Positions 9,717 to 21,567 of a stretch of DNA of 37,552 bases are shown piece after piece; position 1 is the stretch's first letter; each line of letters begins with the position of its first letter. The stretch covers positions 48,467,896 to 48,505,447 of the forward strand of contig NC_057719.1 in assembly GCF_004010195.1 (NCBI RefSeq), written 5' to 3'. The stretch comes from Chiloscyllium plagiosum (Eukaryota). A program made the translations under genes and the position numbers. The notes beneath the pieces were generated by a model that did not search any database, was not told the origin of the DNA, and was given only the letters and a program-made list of their open reading frames with translations.

Positions 9717-12560
9717 GGGGTGAGGTGCTGGCCTAGTGATATTATCACAGACTATTAATCCAGAAATTCAGCTAATGTTAATCCTTGAAGGAGCTAAGCT
9801 CGAAACCCGCCAGGGTAAGATTTGGTAGGATTTGAATTTAACCCACAACAATGTAGTTAACTCTTAACTACCCTCTGAAATGCACTTGCAAGCCAGTCAG
9901 TTGTGTCAGTCGCAACAAAGTCTCAACAAAGAAATGAAATGAAACCAAGTAGACCATGTGGCGTTGACCGAGGCAGCGGAAGTGACAATCAAAAAACAGT
10001 CCTCTTGACCTTACTAAGACCTTACCAACTTCTTGAGGCTGGTGCCAAAATTGGGAGAGCTGTCTCACAGACTATCAAGCAGCAGCCTGACACAGTGATA
10101 CTCAAGGGATTATACCTTACAGAAAATGTCCCAATATCGTCCCTGATATGTCCTATACTACCAGCAAGGCAAACGCAGCAGAGGTTGCAGCACTCAGGAG
10201 GAAGTTGCTCTGGGTATCCTCACTATCGACTTCCCATCCCATGAAGCCTCATGACTTAGGTTAAACATGGGCAAGGAAATTTCCTGTAACTCACCATGTA
10301 CATCCTCCCTTGTTGATGAATCAATACTCCTCCATGTGGAACAGCACTTGGATAAAGCACTGAGGACAGAAGTGGTGCAAAATATGGGGATTTCAGTGTC
10401 CAGCGCCAAGAGTACCTCAGCAGTATGAAAGATTGAGCTGGTTGGGTCCTAAAGATTATAGCTGCAAGACTGGATCTGTGGCTGGTGATGAGGGAACCAA
10501 CAAACTAACACATTTGATCTCACTCTGATGAAAGATTCCAACCTGAAACATCGACTCCCCTATTACACAGATGCTGCTTGATTTGCCATGTCGACTTTGA
10601 CCTCATCCTTATCAATCTGCCAGCTGCAGATGGATTTGCAAATAGGACAGTGCTAATAAGAGTGACCATCACACAGTTCTTGTAGAGGTGAAGTCCCGTC
10701 TTCACATTGAGAATAACTATCATGTGTGGCACAAGCGTGATGCTAAATGGGACAGACTTTGAACAGATTAAGCAACTCAAAACTCAAAACTGGGCATCCA
10801 GTGAGATACTGTGGGCAATCAGCAGCAGAATTGTGCTGTGACGCAATCTGCTACCTCATAGCCTGGCATGTCTCCCACTCAACCATTACTATCAACCCTA
10901 GTTCAATGGAGAATACTGGAGGGCATGCCAGGAGTAGCACCAGACATAGAAAAAAATACATAAAACCAATGAAGTACCGGACAGGACTGCTTGTGTACCA
11001 AATAGCATAAGCAGCAAGTGATAGACAGAGCTAAGTGATCCCACAACCAACAGATCAGGTCTAAGCTCTGTAGTCCTCTGCCATCTAGTCATGAATTAAA
11101 TAACTCAGTAGAAGAGTATGATCCACAAATATCTCCATCCTCAATGATAGAAGAACCCAATGTCTGAGTTCAAAAGATAAGTATGAAGCAACTGCAGTAA
11201 TCTTCAGCCAGAAATGCCAAGTAGATGATCCAGCATGACCTTCCTCCAGTGGTCCCCAGCATCACAAATGCCAGTCTTCAGCCAATTTGATTCACTTTTC
11301 AAGAAACAGTCAGAGGCATTGATTACTGCAAAGGCCAGTGGCCCTCATTCCAGCAATAGGACTGAAGACTCGTGCTCCAGAACTTTCCACGCTCCTAGCC
11401 AAGCTGTTCCAATACAGTTATAATACTGGTATCTATCTGACGATGTGAAAAATTGCCCAGGTATCTCTTGTACATCAAAAGAAGGACAAATCTAACCCAG
11501 CCAATTACTGTCTCATCAGTCTACTTTCAATCATCAGAAAAGTAATGGAAAGTGGCATCAATGGTGCTATTGAGCAGCACCTGCTCAGCAATAACCTGAT
11601 AAGTGACACCCAGTTTGATTCCGCCAGGGCCATTCGGCTCCTGACTTCATTACAGCTTTGGTACAAATATGTACAAAAGCATTAAATTCCAATGGTAAGG
11701 TGCAAATGTTAGCCATTGACATCAAGACCACATTCATCCAAATGTGGCATCAAGGAGCCCTAGCAAAACTGGAATCAATGGATATCAGGAGGCAAATTCT
11801 GCTGTTTGGTGTTATATCTGGCACTGAGGTAGCTAGTTGTGGTTGTTAGAGGTCAGTCACCTCAGTTCAAGGACATCTCTTACAAGAGTCCCTCAGGGTA
11901 GTGTCTTGGGCCCAATCATCTTCAACTGCTTCATCTTTGACCTTCTCTCCATCAGAAATCAGGATATTTGCTGATGATTGTGCATTGTCCAGCACGATTC
12001 ACAACTCCTCTGAAGCAGTCCATGTCAAAATGCACCTAGATCTGGACAGTATCCAGGCTTGGGTTGACAACGGCAAGTAACATTCCCACCACACAGCTGT
12101 TAGGAAATGACCATTTTCAATCATCTAACTACTGCCTCAACAATCATTAGTGTTCCCTTAATCAAATCCTTCACTTTCAACATCTTGAGGTTATCATTGA
12201 CCAGAAACTTAACTGGACTCACCATTATAAATACAGTGGTTACAAGAGTAGATCAGAGGTGTACCCCTGGATTCCTCAAAGCTTGCCTGTCATCTGCAAG
12301 GCACAAGTAAGCAGTGTGATGGAATACTCCCCACTTGCTTGGATGAGTGCAACTCCGTTAACACTCAAGAGGCTTGGCAGCATCCAGGACAAAGAGGCCA
12401 CTTTGCCATATCCACAAACATCCATTGCCTCCACCACTGTAAAGTAATGTGTTCTATATACATGATACACTGCAGAAGCTCGCTACAAATTCATAGACAC
12501 ACCTTCCAAACACAAAATCACTTATGTCTAGAAAGACAAGAGCAGCAGATACTTGGAATA
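9717..12560 (+). mobile_element. Decayed CR1-group LINE (APE endonuclease + RT) with a SINE-like 5' head and no ORF1
   Basis: Frame-shifted motifs: KQQPDTVIL (APE, ~10080), SNPANYCLISLLSIIRKVME (~11490), LAIDIKTTF..WHQGAL (~11710), VPQGSVLGP (~11890), FADD (~11968). 9717-9900 is a tRNA/Deu-SINE-like sequence. Confidence 0.8.
10521..10592 (+). mobile_element. Tiny PLE-derived fragment with hammerhead-like motif inserted in the LINE
   Basis: CTGATGA-A-agattccaacct-GAAA-CATC-gact followed by acagatgctgc, as in the 26158 element. Flanked by tttgatctca / tttgacctca (imperfect TSD). Confidence 0.6.
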
Positions 12561-12944
12561 TTTTCAGCTCTTGAGGTTTTCCAATGGAATCCTTTTTAAT
12601 TATCCTTGTCTAAGCTCCAACCTCCCCACACACATTCAATTTAGTCAAAATAGTTATTTATCTTGACAGTTTTATAACTACTTAAGAGGATTATGTATTC
12701 TGAACTGATTTTTGAATTAGTGTTTGTCATAACAATCTCGTGGCCATCTCAAAGATTTCCTAATGTGTGGGGTTCAAGAGTTCTCTATAAGATGGATACT
12801 GAGTGAATGGATATAGGTTAGTGAAAGGTTATGGTGGAATGGATGTGAAGGACCGTGAGGGACATGGAGGGAATGGAGGTGAGGCGTGGCATGAAGGTTG
12901 TGGAGATAAAGGGACCTCACTCAGTATTAGATCGGGATTATTAT

Positions 12945-14912
12945 TTCAGGCAATTTTGACAGTATTAGACAAGAACTTTCAAAAGCTGATTGGGTGCCGA
13001 TGTTTGCGGGTAAAAGGATGGCTGGAAAATCGGGAGCCTTCAGAAATGAGATAACGTGAGTCCAGAGAAAGTATATTCTTGTTAGGGTGAAAGGAAAGGC
13101 TGGTAGGTGTAAGGAATGCTGAATGACTAAAGAAATTGAAGTTTTGGTTAAAAAGGAAGCATATGTCAGGTAGAGACAGGATCAATCGAGTGAATCCTTA
13201 GAAGAATATAAAGGCAGTTGGAGTATACTTAAGAGGGAAATCAGGAGGGCAAGCAGGGGACATGAGATAGCTTTGGCAAATAGAATGAAGGAGAATCCAA
13301 AGGGATTTTACAAATACATTAAGGACAAAAGGGTAACTAGGGAGAGAATAGGGCCCCTCAAAGATCAGCAAGGCGGTCTTTGTGTGGAGCCGCAGGAGAT
13401 GGGAGAGATACTAAACGAGTATTTTGCATCAATATTTACTGTGGAAAAGGACATGCAAGATATAGAATGTAGGGAAATAGATGCTGACACCTTGCAAAAG
13501 AAAAGGAAGTGTTGGATGTCTTGAAACGCATAAAAGTGAATAGATCCTCAGGACCTGATCAGATGTACCCTAGAACTCTGTGGGAAGCTAGAGAAGTGAT
13601 TGCTGGGCCTCTTGCTGAGATATTTGTATCATTGATAGTCACAGGTGAGGTGCCAGAAGACTGGAGATTGGCTAATGTGGTGCCACTGTTTAAGAAAGGT
13701 GATAAGGAAAAGCCAGGGAACTATAGACCAGTGAGCCTGATGTCGGTGGTGGGCAAGTTGTTGAAGGGAATCCTGCGGGAGACTGGTTAGCAAGGTTAGA
13801 TCTCATGGAATACAGGGATAACTAGCCATTTGGATCAGAACTGGCTCAAAGGTAGAAGACAGAGGATGGTGGTGGAGGGTTGCTTTTCAGACTGGAGGCC
13901 TGTGACCAGTGGAGTGCCATAAGGATTAGTGCTGGGTCCGCTACTCTTTGTCATTCATATAAATGATTTGGATGTGAGCATAAGAGGTACAGTTAGTAAG
14001 TTTGCAGATGACACCAAAATTGAAGGTGTAGTGGAGAGTGAAGAAGGTTATCTCAGATTACAACAGGATCTTGATCAGATGGGCCAATGGGCTGAGAAGT
14101 GGCAGATGGAGTCTAATTTAGATAAATGTGAAGTTCTGCATTTTGGGAAAGCAAATCTTAGCAGGACTTATTCACTTAATGGTAAGGTCCTAGGGAGTGT
14201 TGCTGAACAAAGAGACCTTGGAGTGCAAGTTCATAGCTCCTTGAAAGTGGAGTCGCGGGTAGATGGGATAGTGAAGAAGGCATTTGATATGCTTTCTTTT
14301 ATTGGTCAGGGTATTGAGTACAGGAGTTGGGAGGTCATGTTGCAGCTAAACCGGACATTGTTTAAGCCACTGTTGTAATATTGCATGCAATTCTGGTCTC
14401 CTTCCTATCAGAAGAATGTTGTGAAACTTGAAAGAGTTCAGAAAGGACTTACAAGGATGTTGCCAGGGTTGGAGGATTTGAGCAATAGGGAGAGGTTGAA
14501 TAGGCTAGTGCTGTTTTCCCTAGAGCATCAGAGGCTGAGGGGTGACCTTAGAGGTTTACAAAATGATGAGGGGCATGGATAGGATAAATAGACAAAGTCT
14601 TTTCCCTGGGGTGGGGGAGTCCAGAACTAGAGAGCATAGGTTTAGGGTGAGAGGGGAAAGATATAAAAAAGACCTAAGGGGCAACATTTTCACGCAGAGG
14701 GTGGTACGTGTATGGAAAGAGCTACCCGAGGAATTGGTGGAGGCTGGTACAATTGCAACATTTAAAAGATATCTGCATGGGTATATGAATAGGAGGGGTT
14801 TGGAGGGTATGGACCAGGTGCTGGCAGTTGGGACCAGATTGGGTTGGGATCTGGTTGGCATGGACGAGTTGAACTGAAGGGTCTGTTTCCGTGACGTACA
14901 TCTCTATGACTG
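12945..14912 (+). mobile_element. 5'-truncated CR1-type LINE with an internal deletion at ~13780
   Basis: NPKGFYKYI, GPDQMYPRTL, DWRLANVVPLFKKG..PGNYRPVSL, LGPLLFVIHINDLD, KFADDTKI, and a terminal tail. Confidence 0.95.
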
Positions 14913-15338
14913 AATGGAACAGAACTTCAAACCCAGTCATCTCAGTATCTCTCCATCTTCCCCCTGCTTCAGGAGACTGTGGCCTAATCTCCATCCCTGC
15001 CCTAACTCTGAGGTGGAAAATTATAGTGGACATGCATGATTGCATCAGTGACAGGATCATGATATCAGAAAATTATTTGATTCCCAATTTCCATCTCAAT
15101 GGGGAAAGGAGCGGAGTGTTCTGTTTAAAAATTATTCAGTCCAAGGTAGAACTATAAGAATCAAACTTATCGCTTACTTAAGCCATTAGAAAACTAAATG
15201 AATTTTAATATTAAAAAGTCTTTATTAATTCTCAAAATGAAATGTACATTCTCATTGCAATGAGAAAGCATAAACTGTCTATTGGTAAAATTCAATGAAA
15301 AATTAGTTTTGAATTCATTTACTTTTCCTTTTTCACAG

Positions 15339-15536
15339 ATTGGACGGTCCACAGAGAACCCCATTGACTTTGTGGTGACAGACACTGTTTCTGGTAGCCA
15401 AAGTAATGATGAGATGCAAATCACTCAAAGTACTATCTCTAGATTTGCATGTAGGATAGTTTGTGACAGAAATGCGCCATACACTGCTCGGATTTATGCT
15501 GCAGGCTTCGATTCATCAAAAAATATATTTCTTGGA
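15339..15536 (+). CDS. PELI2: Pellino-2 internal coding exon (198 bp), IGRSTENPIDFVVTDT...AAGFDSSKNIFLG
   Basis: Lies within ORF 15282-15611. Pellino FHA core motifs GRST and QSTISRFACRI. Acceptor ttttccttttcacAG-type tract ending at 15338, donor GTaagt at 15537; phase 0. Confidence 0.96.
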
Positions 15537-15663
15537 GTAAGTATGGAGCACAATTTGGTTAATCTAAAAGCACATTTCTTAAGTGTGTACAAATTAGATT
15601 CCAAGTGCTAATAATATGTTACTTTTTCCTGTCAACTATTGAGAAAAACATTAAAAGGTGCTA

Positions 15664-16210
15664 GTTTCATATCTGGGAATTGCGCACATATCTGTGGCAA
15701 AAGATAGGCTGTTTAGATGGGACTAGTGGGATATTTTCTTCACCCAGGGTGTATTGAGGGTCTGGAAAACATTGCCTCAAATTGAAGTAGAAGCAGAAAT
15801 CCTCATGTACGATATCTACAATTTTCTCCTTTATTTTATTAATAAAAAAAACTTTGTTTACTTGAGCTTGCAAACATATTTTAAAAATGTATTCCAAGTT
15901 TTAAAGTACCTGGCATGAACCAGTCATGGAATTGTAGAAATCAATAGCACAGGAGGCCATTGGGGCTGAAAAGTAGTCATGCAGTCAAATCCCACTTTCC
16001 TGCTTATAGTCCTGTACCTTGTAAGTAATTGTACCTCAAGTGTATATCAAAATGTTTTTTAAATGCTGTGAGGATTTCTGCTTCTACTTCAATTTGATGC
16101 AATGTTTTCCAGACCCTCAATACACCCTGGGTGAAGAAAATATCCCACTAGTCCCATCTAAACAGCCTATCTTTTGCCACAGGTCTGTGCCCAATTCCCA
16201 GATATGAAAC
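15664..16210. repeat. 142-bp inverted duplication (arms 15664-15805 and 16069-16210)
   Basis: Arms are reverse complements with 4 mismatches by manual alignment; 263-bp spacer. The right arm is part of an old minus-strand CR1 tail (~15925-16270). Confidence 0.93.
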
Positions 16211-16809
16211 CCTCAACCCACAGGAAGAGGTTGTCCTATATACTGTCTAAATGCCTCATAGTTTTATACTTTTTGTTGGTGCCTTTGACTTTCTACTACT
16301 ACTAAAAGAAGCCTGTTAGTTTATTACCCTTTATACATTTAACCTGTGATGTACAGCAGAATTTAACCGGCCAAGGGGAAGCATATTAAGGTTAAACATC
16401 AAAAAACGGTGTTGTGTTGCAAACCAATATAATTCCAGCTATTTCCAGGTTTGACCTAGGTGAGCAATGAAATCCTGTATTATGCAAGTATGCAGTTAAC
16501 TTTGAATTTAACCCAACATTGTCGTTTTATCAGTGAGTGTGTGGTTTGCCTGAGCTGGCAGAAGGGTGTGATTGATCACTCTTGCTTCAGTTTTCTTGCT
16601 GTCAGTCTCTATTGCAGCATATGAGCACTCTAACTTGGAACTCTCTTCAGGAGCAGCAGCACCAGATAGCAGACCAATAGCAACACTAGAAGCACAGCAC
16701 AGGCGACCTTCTCAGTAGTAAATTGTCATTCCACATGACAAAAAGAATGAACAGAAAATTGCAGCTCATAGAAGGTGATATCCATAACAGTCTCCGCAGA
16801 CAGAGGATG

Positions 16810-17345
16810 AGTTACCTCAACATGACCCTGTAGCTGTACCTCAGAAGACTCAGGCTTTTGTTGTGACTCATTGCTGATATCCACACTTCCCTAAAAAAAA
16901 ACATCTTTCCAAGAGGGCCAGATGGGCATGCATCAGCTGTCACTGTCAAGGTCAGCACAAATAGGTCGGCCATGGTGTGACATATCAATGATCTCTTGAT
17001 CTGGTCTCCATGAGACCACCTCTCAGATGACCAATGCCTTATTTTCTGATGCATCCGCCACATATATGAATTGTGCCACAATAGGGCTAATCAAACATAG
17101 ACGGTTCTTAGCTTTTTTGTCAGAGGCTGGTTGTCCCCAATTGCAGAAGGTCATTGGTTGCAAGCAGGTGGCAACCGAAGTTTTCACAAATCACATGCTG
17201 ATTGAAGCGATTAGGGGAATTTGGCATTTGCACTTCTTCAGTGTCTAATTAGTTTTTGACCACTGGAAGGTAACCATATGCATCTGCCACAGATATCGAG
17301 GAAGCTGCCTTGATTTATTCCTTCTGTTCCAGTTGTATTTCCTGC
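16810..17345 (+). mobile_element. Decayed PIF/Harbinger (HARBI1-like DDE) transposase
   Basis: Ordered motifs LRRLRL, RGPDGHASAVTVKVST, MTNALF, AGCPQLQKVIGCKQVA (cf. GFP.V.G.IDCTHV), HFFSV*LVFDH...ICHRYRGSCLD.F.L (cf. HSLNVQLVCDH...ARYPGSCHDSFIL). Confidence 0.75.
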
Positions 17346-17474
17346 AGTTTTTCACTCCTCATCATAGCCTCAGAGTCTGACTAAGTGGAGAGGAGGAATG
17401 CCCTCTATTACATGCTTCATTCAGTCTGGACAGAAGCCTTCAGGTGAATTACATTTTCTTAATTACATTTTCAT

Positions 17475-17775
17475 GTAGGTGTCACTGGGTAGTATTTCTT
17501 ATTTATCCCTAATTGCCCTTGAACTGAGTAGCTAGTTACGTTATTTCAGAGGGGCATCTACATTGCCATAGATCTGAAGTCACATGTAAGACCAGGTTAA
17601 GATGGCAGTTGGAGATGTGTTTCATGGCACCATTATTGAGACTAGTTTTATATTCTAGATCCCCATGTTGATTAAGCAAATTTAAATGTTACCAGCTGCT
17701 GTGGTGGCATTTGTACCTGTGTCCCCAGGGTCTACCACCACACCAGTGACACTACCACTATACTACCACCTCCCC
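17475..17775 (-). mobile_element. Degenerate Deu-domain/SacSINE1-like SINE
   Basis: Reverse complement begins ggaggtggtagtatagtggtagtgtcactgg and contains ccctctgaaa...ctcagttcaagggcaattaggga; shares blocks with the head at 9717-9900. Confidence 0.6.
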
Positions 17776-18447
17776 CTTGATTGATTTCTATTAGGAGGCA
17801 AGGATGTGAACATGATGCTTCTTGGTTGATGGTTGAAATTAATTGTGTCTGAAGGAAGCAGGTACAAGATTCCTGATATCATACAAGTTTGTCAAGATCA
17901 GCACAAACACTTCAGGGTACTTTTAGTGACTTTTTAATGATTTTCAGTTAGTCCCTTATAGGTTCACTTCCCAGCCTTCTTTTCTAAAGTCTCCACTTAT
18001 GTGCAATTTGCCACAATGATATTAAACCAGCAAAGGGCTGGTTTATATTCCTGGAATGAACCATATAAGTGGACCAAAAGGAAGACCCAGCAAGACCAGT
18101 GTGACCACAGGGATAATATTAGAATAGACAACTGGGTTGCTGAAGACACACTTCACTTCAGAGGCATCAAAAGATTTGGAGGGTGGTCTTCAGTAGTCTT
18201 CCCTTGAAGTATCTTGAGAACAAGATGCTATACTGTTGAGACACTTTGTGCAAAGATCTCTGTATTTTGGAATCTGTAAGCTTCCCAACAAACAATACCT
18301 CACCTACTCTTGTGCAGTGCAAGAAATGTGAAGAGAGCATCTTGAGTCCCACCTGAATTGTAGACTTTCCCTATCTTCTTTCCACCTACATTTTCCTGCT
18401 AACCAAAGATCTTAGCATGTCGGAAAGACATGAATAACTAAAGCAAT

Positions 18448-18771
18448 GGGGCGGCACGGTGGCACAGTGGTTAGCACTGGTGGCACAGTGGTTAGCACTG
18501 CTGCCTCGCAGTGCCAGAGACTCTGGTTCAATTCCCACTTCAGGCGACTGACTGTGTGGAGTTTGCACATTCTCCCTGTGTCTGTGTGGGTTCCCTCCAG
18601 GTGCTCCAGTTTCCTCCCACAGTCCAAAAATGTGCAGGTTAGGTGAATTGGCCATGCTAAATTGCCTGTAGTATTAGGTGTAGGGGAGTGGGTCTGGGTG
18701 GGTTGCGTTTCAGCGGGTCGGTGTGGACCCGTTGGGCCGAAGGGCCGGTTTTCACATGGTAAGTAATCTAA
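18448..18771 (+). mobile_element. HE1-type SINE with a 21-bp tandem duplication of the A-box
   Basis: Colinear with 3669-3992; ggtggcacagtggttagcact occurs at 18458-18478 and 18479-18499. Confidence 0.92.
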
Positions 18772-19439
18772 GTCTTTGCTGTGTGTGTCCACTGAAAGAC
18801 CATGCTGGCCTTTCTTTTGCACAGCTCACAAGGTTGCTTGATTCTTCATGTCAGCGAATATCACCACAGTCATGCTAAATATGAACACCTTCATTCCCTC
18901 TCCAATTGATGTGTACTGCCTTTGAACGTGCTCCCAGAACCAGAAATGCTGCAATTCCATTTTTGTTTTGTGAATTGCTTAGAGTGTGCTGAGCATTCAG
19001 TGGAGATTCTCCCATACTGACCCTGTTTTCAGTACCTGTTCCTGCCCTCAGTGATGTGCTTTTCACCATGTGACAACTGAGACATGCCTACCGCATTGTG
19101 CACTAAGGTGCCAATATTATCTGTATTTGTTGATGGTGTGTGTGATTCATTTGATAATGCATTCTCAGAAGGCCCTTTTCCCTCTGAGGAGTGCTCAACT
19201 TGGTCCCTCATCATTTGAGAGATTTGTAGGAGATCATGTGTTAATAGGACAAAAGACATGAGCTACTACAAACATTGAGAAAGATTTCAACAAATGAGGT
19301 ATATCATCATATTCAGTTACTGGTGAAATAAATCCAATTTAGTGTTCAGTAACAATGCATCTTCTAATGTTGACATTATGTTTGAGTCATTCCCATTCTT
19401 ACATTGGCAACACCTAATGTTTGCACTACCAGTTAATTT

Positions 19440-19810
19440 CTAGCCTGTCTACCTCCATTAGATCAGGGATATTATGATTATTAATTTTCCATGCTGAAGT
19501 TGGTCGTGTTCTGTCATTTATGTGGTACAAGTGTTTATTGCCTCTTGCTTACCCAAACCTCAATGTTGTCCCAGTTTACTGCATGTGGGGATGGGGTTCC
19601 TCAATGTCTGACGAATCGTAAATAGCACTGAATGCTGTACAATCTTCAGGAAAGATTTCCTGTCTGTCTTTAGGATGGGGGGAAAGGTCATTGAAGCATC
19701 TAAAGACTGGCATTTAAAGGCATCTAAGTGCCAATACGCTGTCATGAGGATCTCTTCCAACAATGCCTTTGAACTGAGACAATTAGCCTTCAGCAACCAC
19801 AACCATCTTT
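19440..19810 (-). mobile_element. Decayed LINE RT fragment, same group as 9717-12560
   Basis: Reverse complement gtggttgctgaaggctaattgtctcagttcaaaggcatt parallels gtggttgttagaggtcagtcacctcagttcaaggacatc at ~11840. Confidence 0.55.
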
Positions 19811-19964
19811 CTTGTGTTTATATTCTATATATTTTTCATTAAGCAAAAATCATTTTGTCATCTAATTTTTTTATTATAACAGGTAAATTTGACTTATTTG
19901 CTAAAATAAAGCTTGTATTTTTAAAGTACATATTGTCAATCCAAATTATTTTTACCTTTTATAG

Positions 19965-20153
19965 GAAAAAGCTGCTAAATGGAAAAATCCTGATGGCCAC
20001 ATGGATGGGTTAACAACTAATGGAGTGTTAGTAATGCATCCTAGGGGAGGCTTTACAGAAGAATCCAAACCTGGGATATGGCGGGAAATTTCTGTTTGTG
20101 GAGATGTGTACACTCTAAGGGAAACAAGATCAGCGCAGCAAAGAGGAAAACTG
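19965..20153 (+). CDS. PELI2: Pellino-2 internal coding exon (189 bp), EKAAKWKNPDGHMDGLTTNGVLVMHPRGGFTEESKPGIWREISVCGDVYTLRETRSAQQRGKL
   Basis: WKNPDGHMDG and HPRGGFTEES resemble PELI2 rather than PELI1 (recalled sequences). Acceptor ccttttatAG, donor GTgggt; in frame with the previous exon. Confidence 0.96.
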
Positions 20154-21113
20154 GTGGGTGAACATATTCGTCCAATAGTAACCAACATGCTGGCTTATTG
20201 CAGTGTGTTTTTTCTCAACAGTTAATTCTTTTCAAATCAGTCAAAAATAGGTAATATTATCTATGTAAAAATTGTAAAATTTAAACATCTGGCAATTAAT
20301 ATTTCTTTTTGATTATTTAAACCAAGTTGAAGAGTCAACGCATATTATGCAGTAAGATAAAACAGCAGCATAAATACAAATCAGGATGATTTAGGGAAGA
20401 AAATTGATTCAGGTCCTTACGATGAGGAATAGATTAATCAGGGAAAGAGTAGGGCCTGCTTGGAACACAGAGGGCAATCTGTATGTGAAGCTGGAAGACA
20501 TTAGTTGAGTGTTAAATATGTACGTCACATCTGTCTTTGTTCAGGAGAAGGAGGATGCAAGTATAGGAGAAGGTGGACTGTGAAGTTCTTGAGTAGATTG
20601 AGATAAGAAGTGAGGAAATTTTGAAGATTTTGTTATAATTAAAAGTGGCTATTTCCCCAGGTCTATATGAGTTGTGTCTCAGGCTGCATAGGGAGCTGAG
20701 GGAGGACATCATAAACTTCCTGACCCCAGATTTTAAATCAACTATGGCCACAGGGGAGGGACCAGAGGACAGAAAATGTGATTCCATTTTACAAGAAGGG
20801 TGGTAGAGATAAACCAGGGAACTATAGACCAGTGGTAGTGAAATTATTGCAGAAATTAATGAAGAAGAAAATGTATTTGTCACTTAGAGAGGCAAGGTTT
20901 CATCAGGGATAGTCAGCATGGCTAAAAATCTGGTGGAATTTTTCAAGGAGTTGATCAAATGTTTTGATAAGGGGAGGGCATTTGATGTTGTTGATATGGA
21001 TTTCAGCAAAACCTTTGACAAGGGCCCACATGGGAAACTGATAAAGAAGGTAAAATCTTACGGGATAAAGGGTAACTTGGCATGTCGGATCCAAAATTGG
21101 CTTACTGATAGGA

Positions 21114-21493
21114 CAGAGTTAAAAATCACACAACACCAGGTTATAGTCCAACAGTTTATTTGAAAGTACAAGCTTTTGGAGCACTTCTACTTCATCAGGT
21201 AGCTCGTGGGGCAGGATCATAGGACACAGCATTTATAAGTAAAAGATCAAAGTGTCATATTACTGATGCAATGTATTGAACAAACTGAGCTTGCTGTTAA
21301 GACTTTAATTACTTAGAATGGGGCTGCAGGTTTCAATTGATGAATATGTAAATCCCAGAACTTCTATCAAGTCACAGTCACACTTGAAAGCACTCCGAAA
21401 GCTTGTACTTTCAAATAAACCTGTTGGACTATAACTGATGTTGTGTGATTTTTAACTCTGTCGACCCCAGTCCAACACTACACCTCTACATCA
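21114..21493 (-). mobile_element. Penelope-like insertion with inverted pseudo-LTR arms, hammerhead motif and 12-bp TSD
   Basis: Exact TSD ttactgatagga at 21102-21113 and 21494-21505. Inverted arms ~21112-21184 and ~21389-21462. Minus strand 21167-21201 reads TAC-CTGATGA-A-gtagaagtgctcc-AAAA-GCTT-GTA. Confidence 0.85.
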
Positions 21494-21567
21494 TTACTGA
21501 TAGGAGACAGAAATTGGTGGTAGTGGCTGTTTTTGTGACTGGAGCCTGGTGTTTAATGGTGTACCAT

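Noticed and set aside
15282..15611. 109-aa ORF as a standalone gene
   Set aside because: Only 15339-15536 is Pellino-like and bounded by splice sites; the rest is intron read-through. The same applies to ORF 20001-20225.
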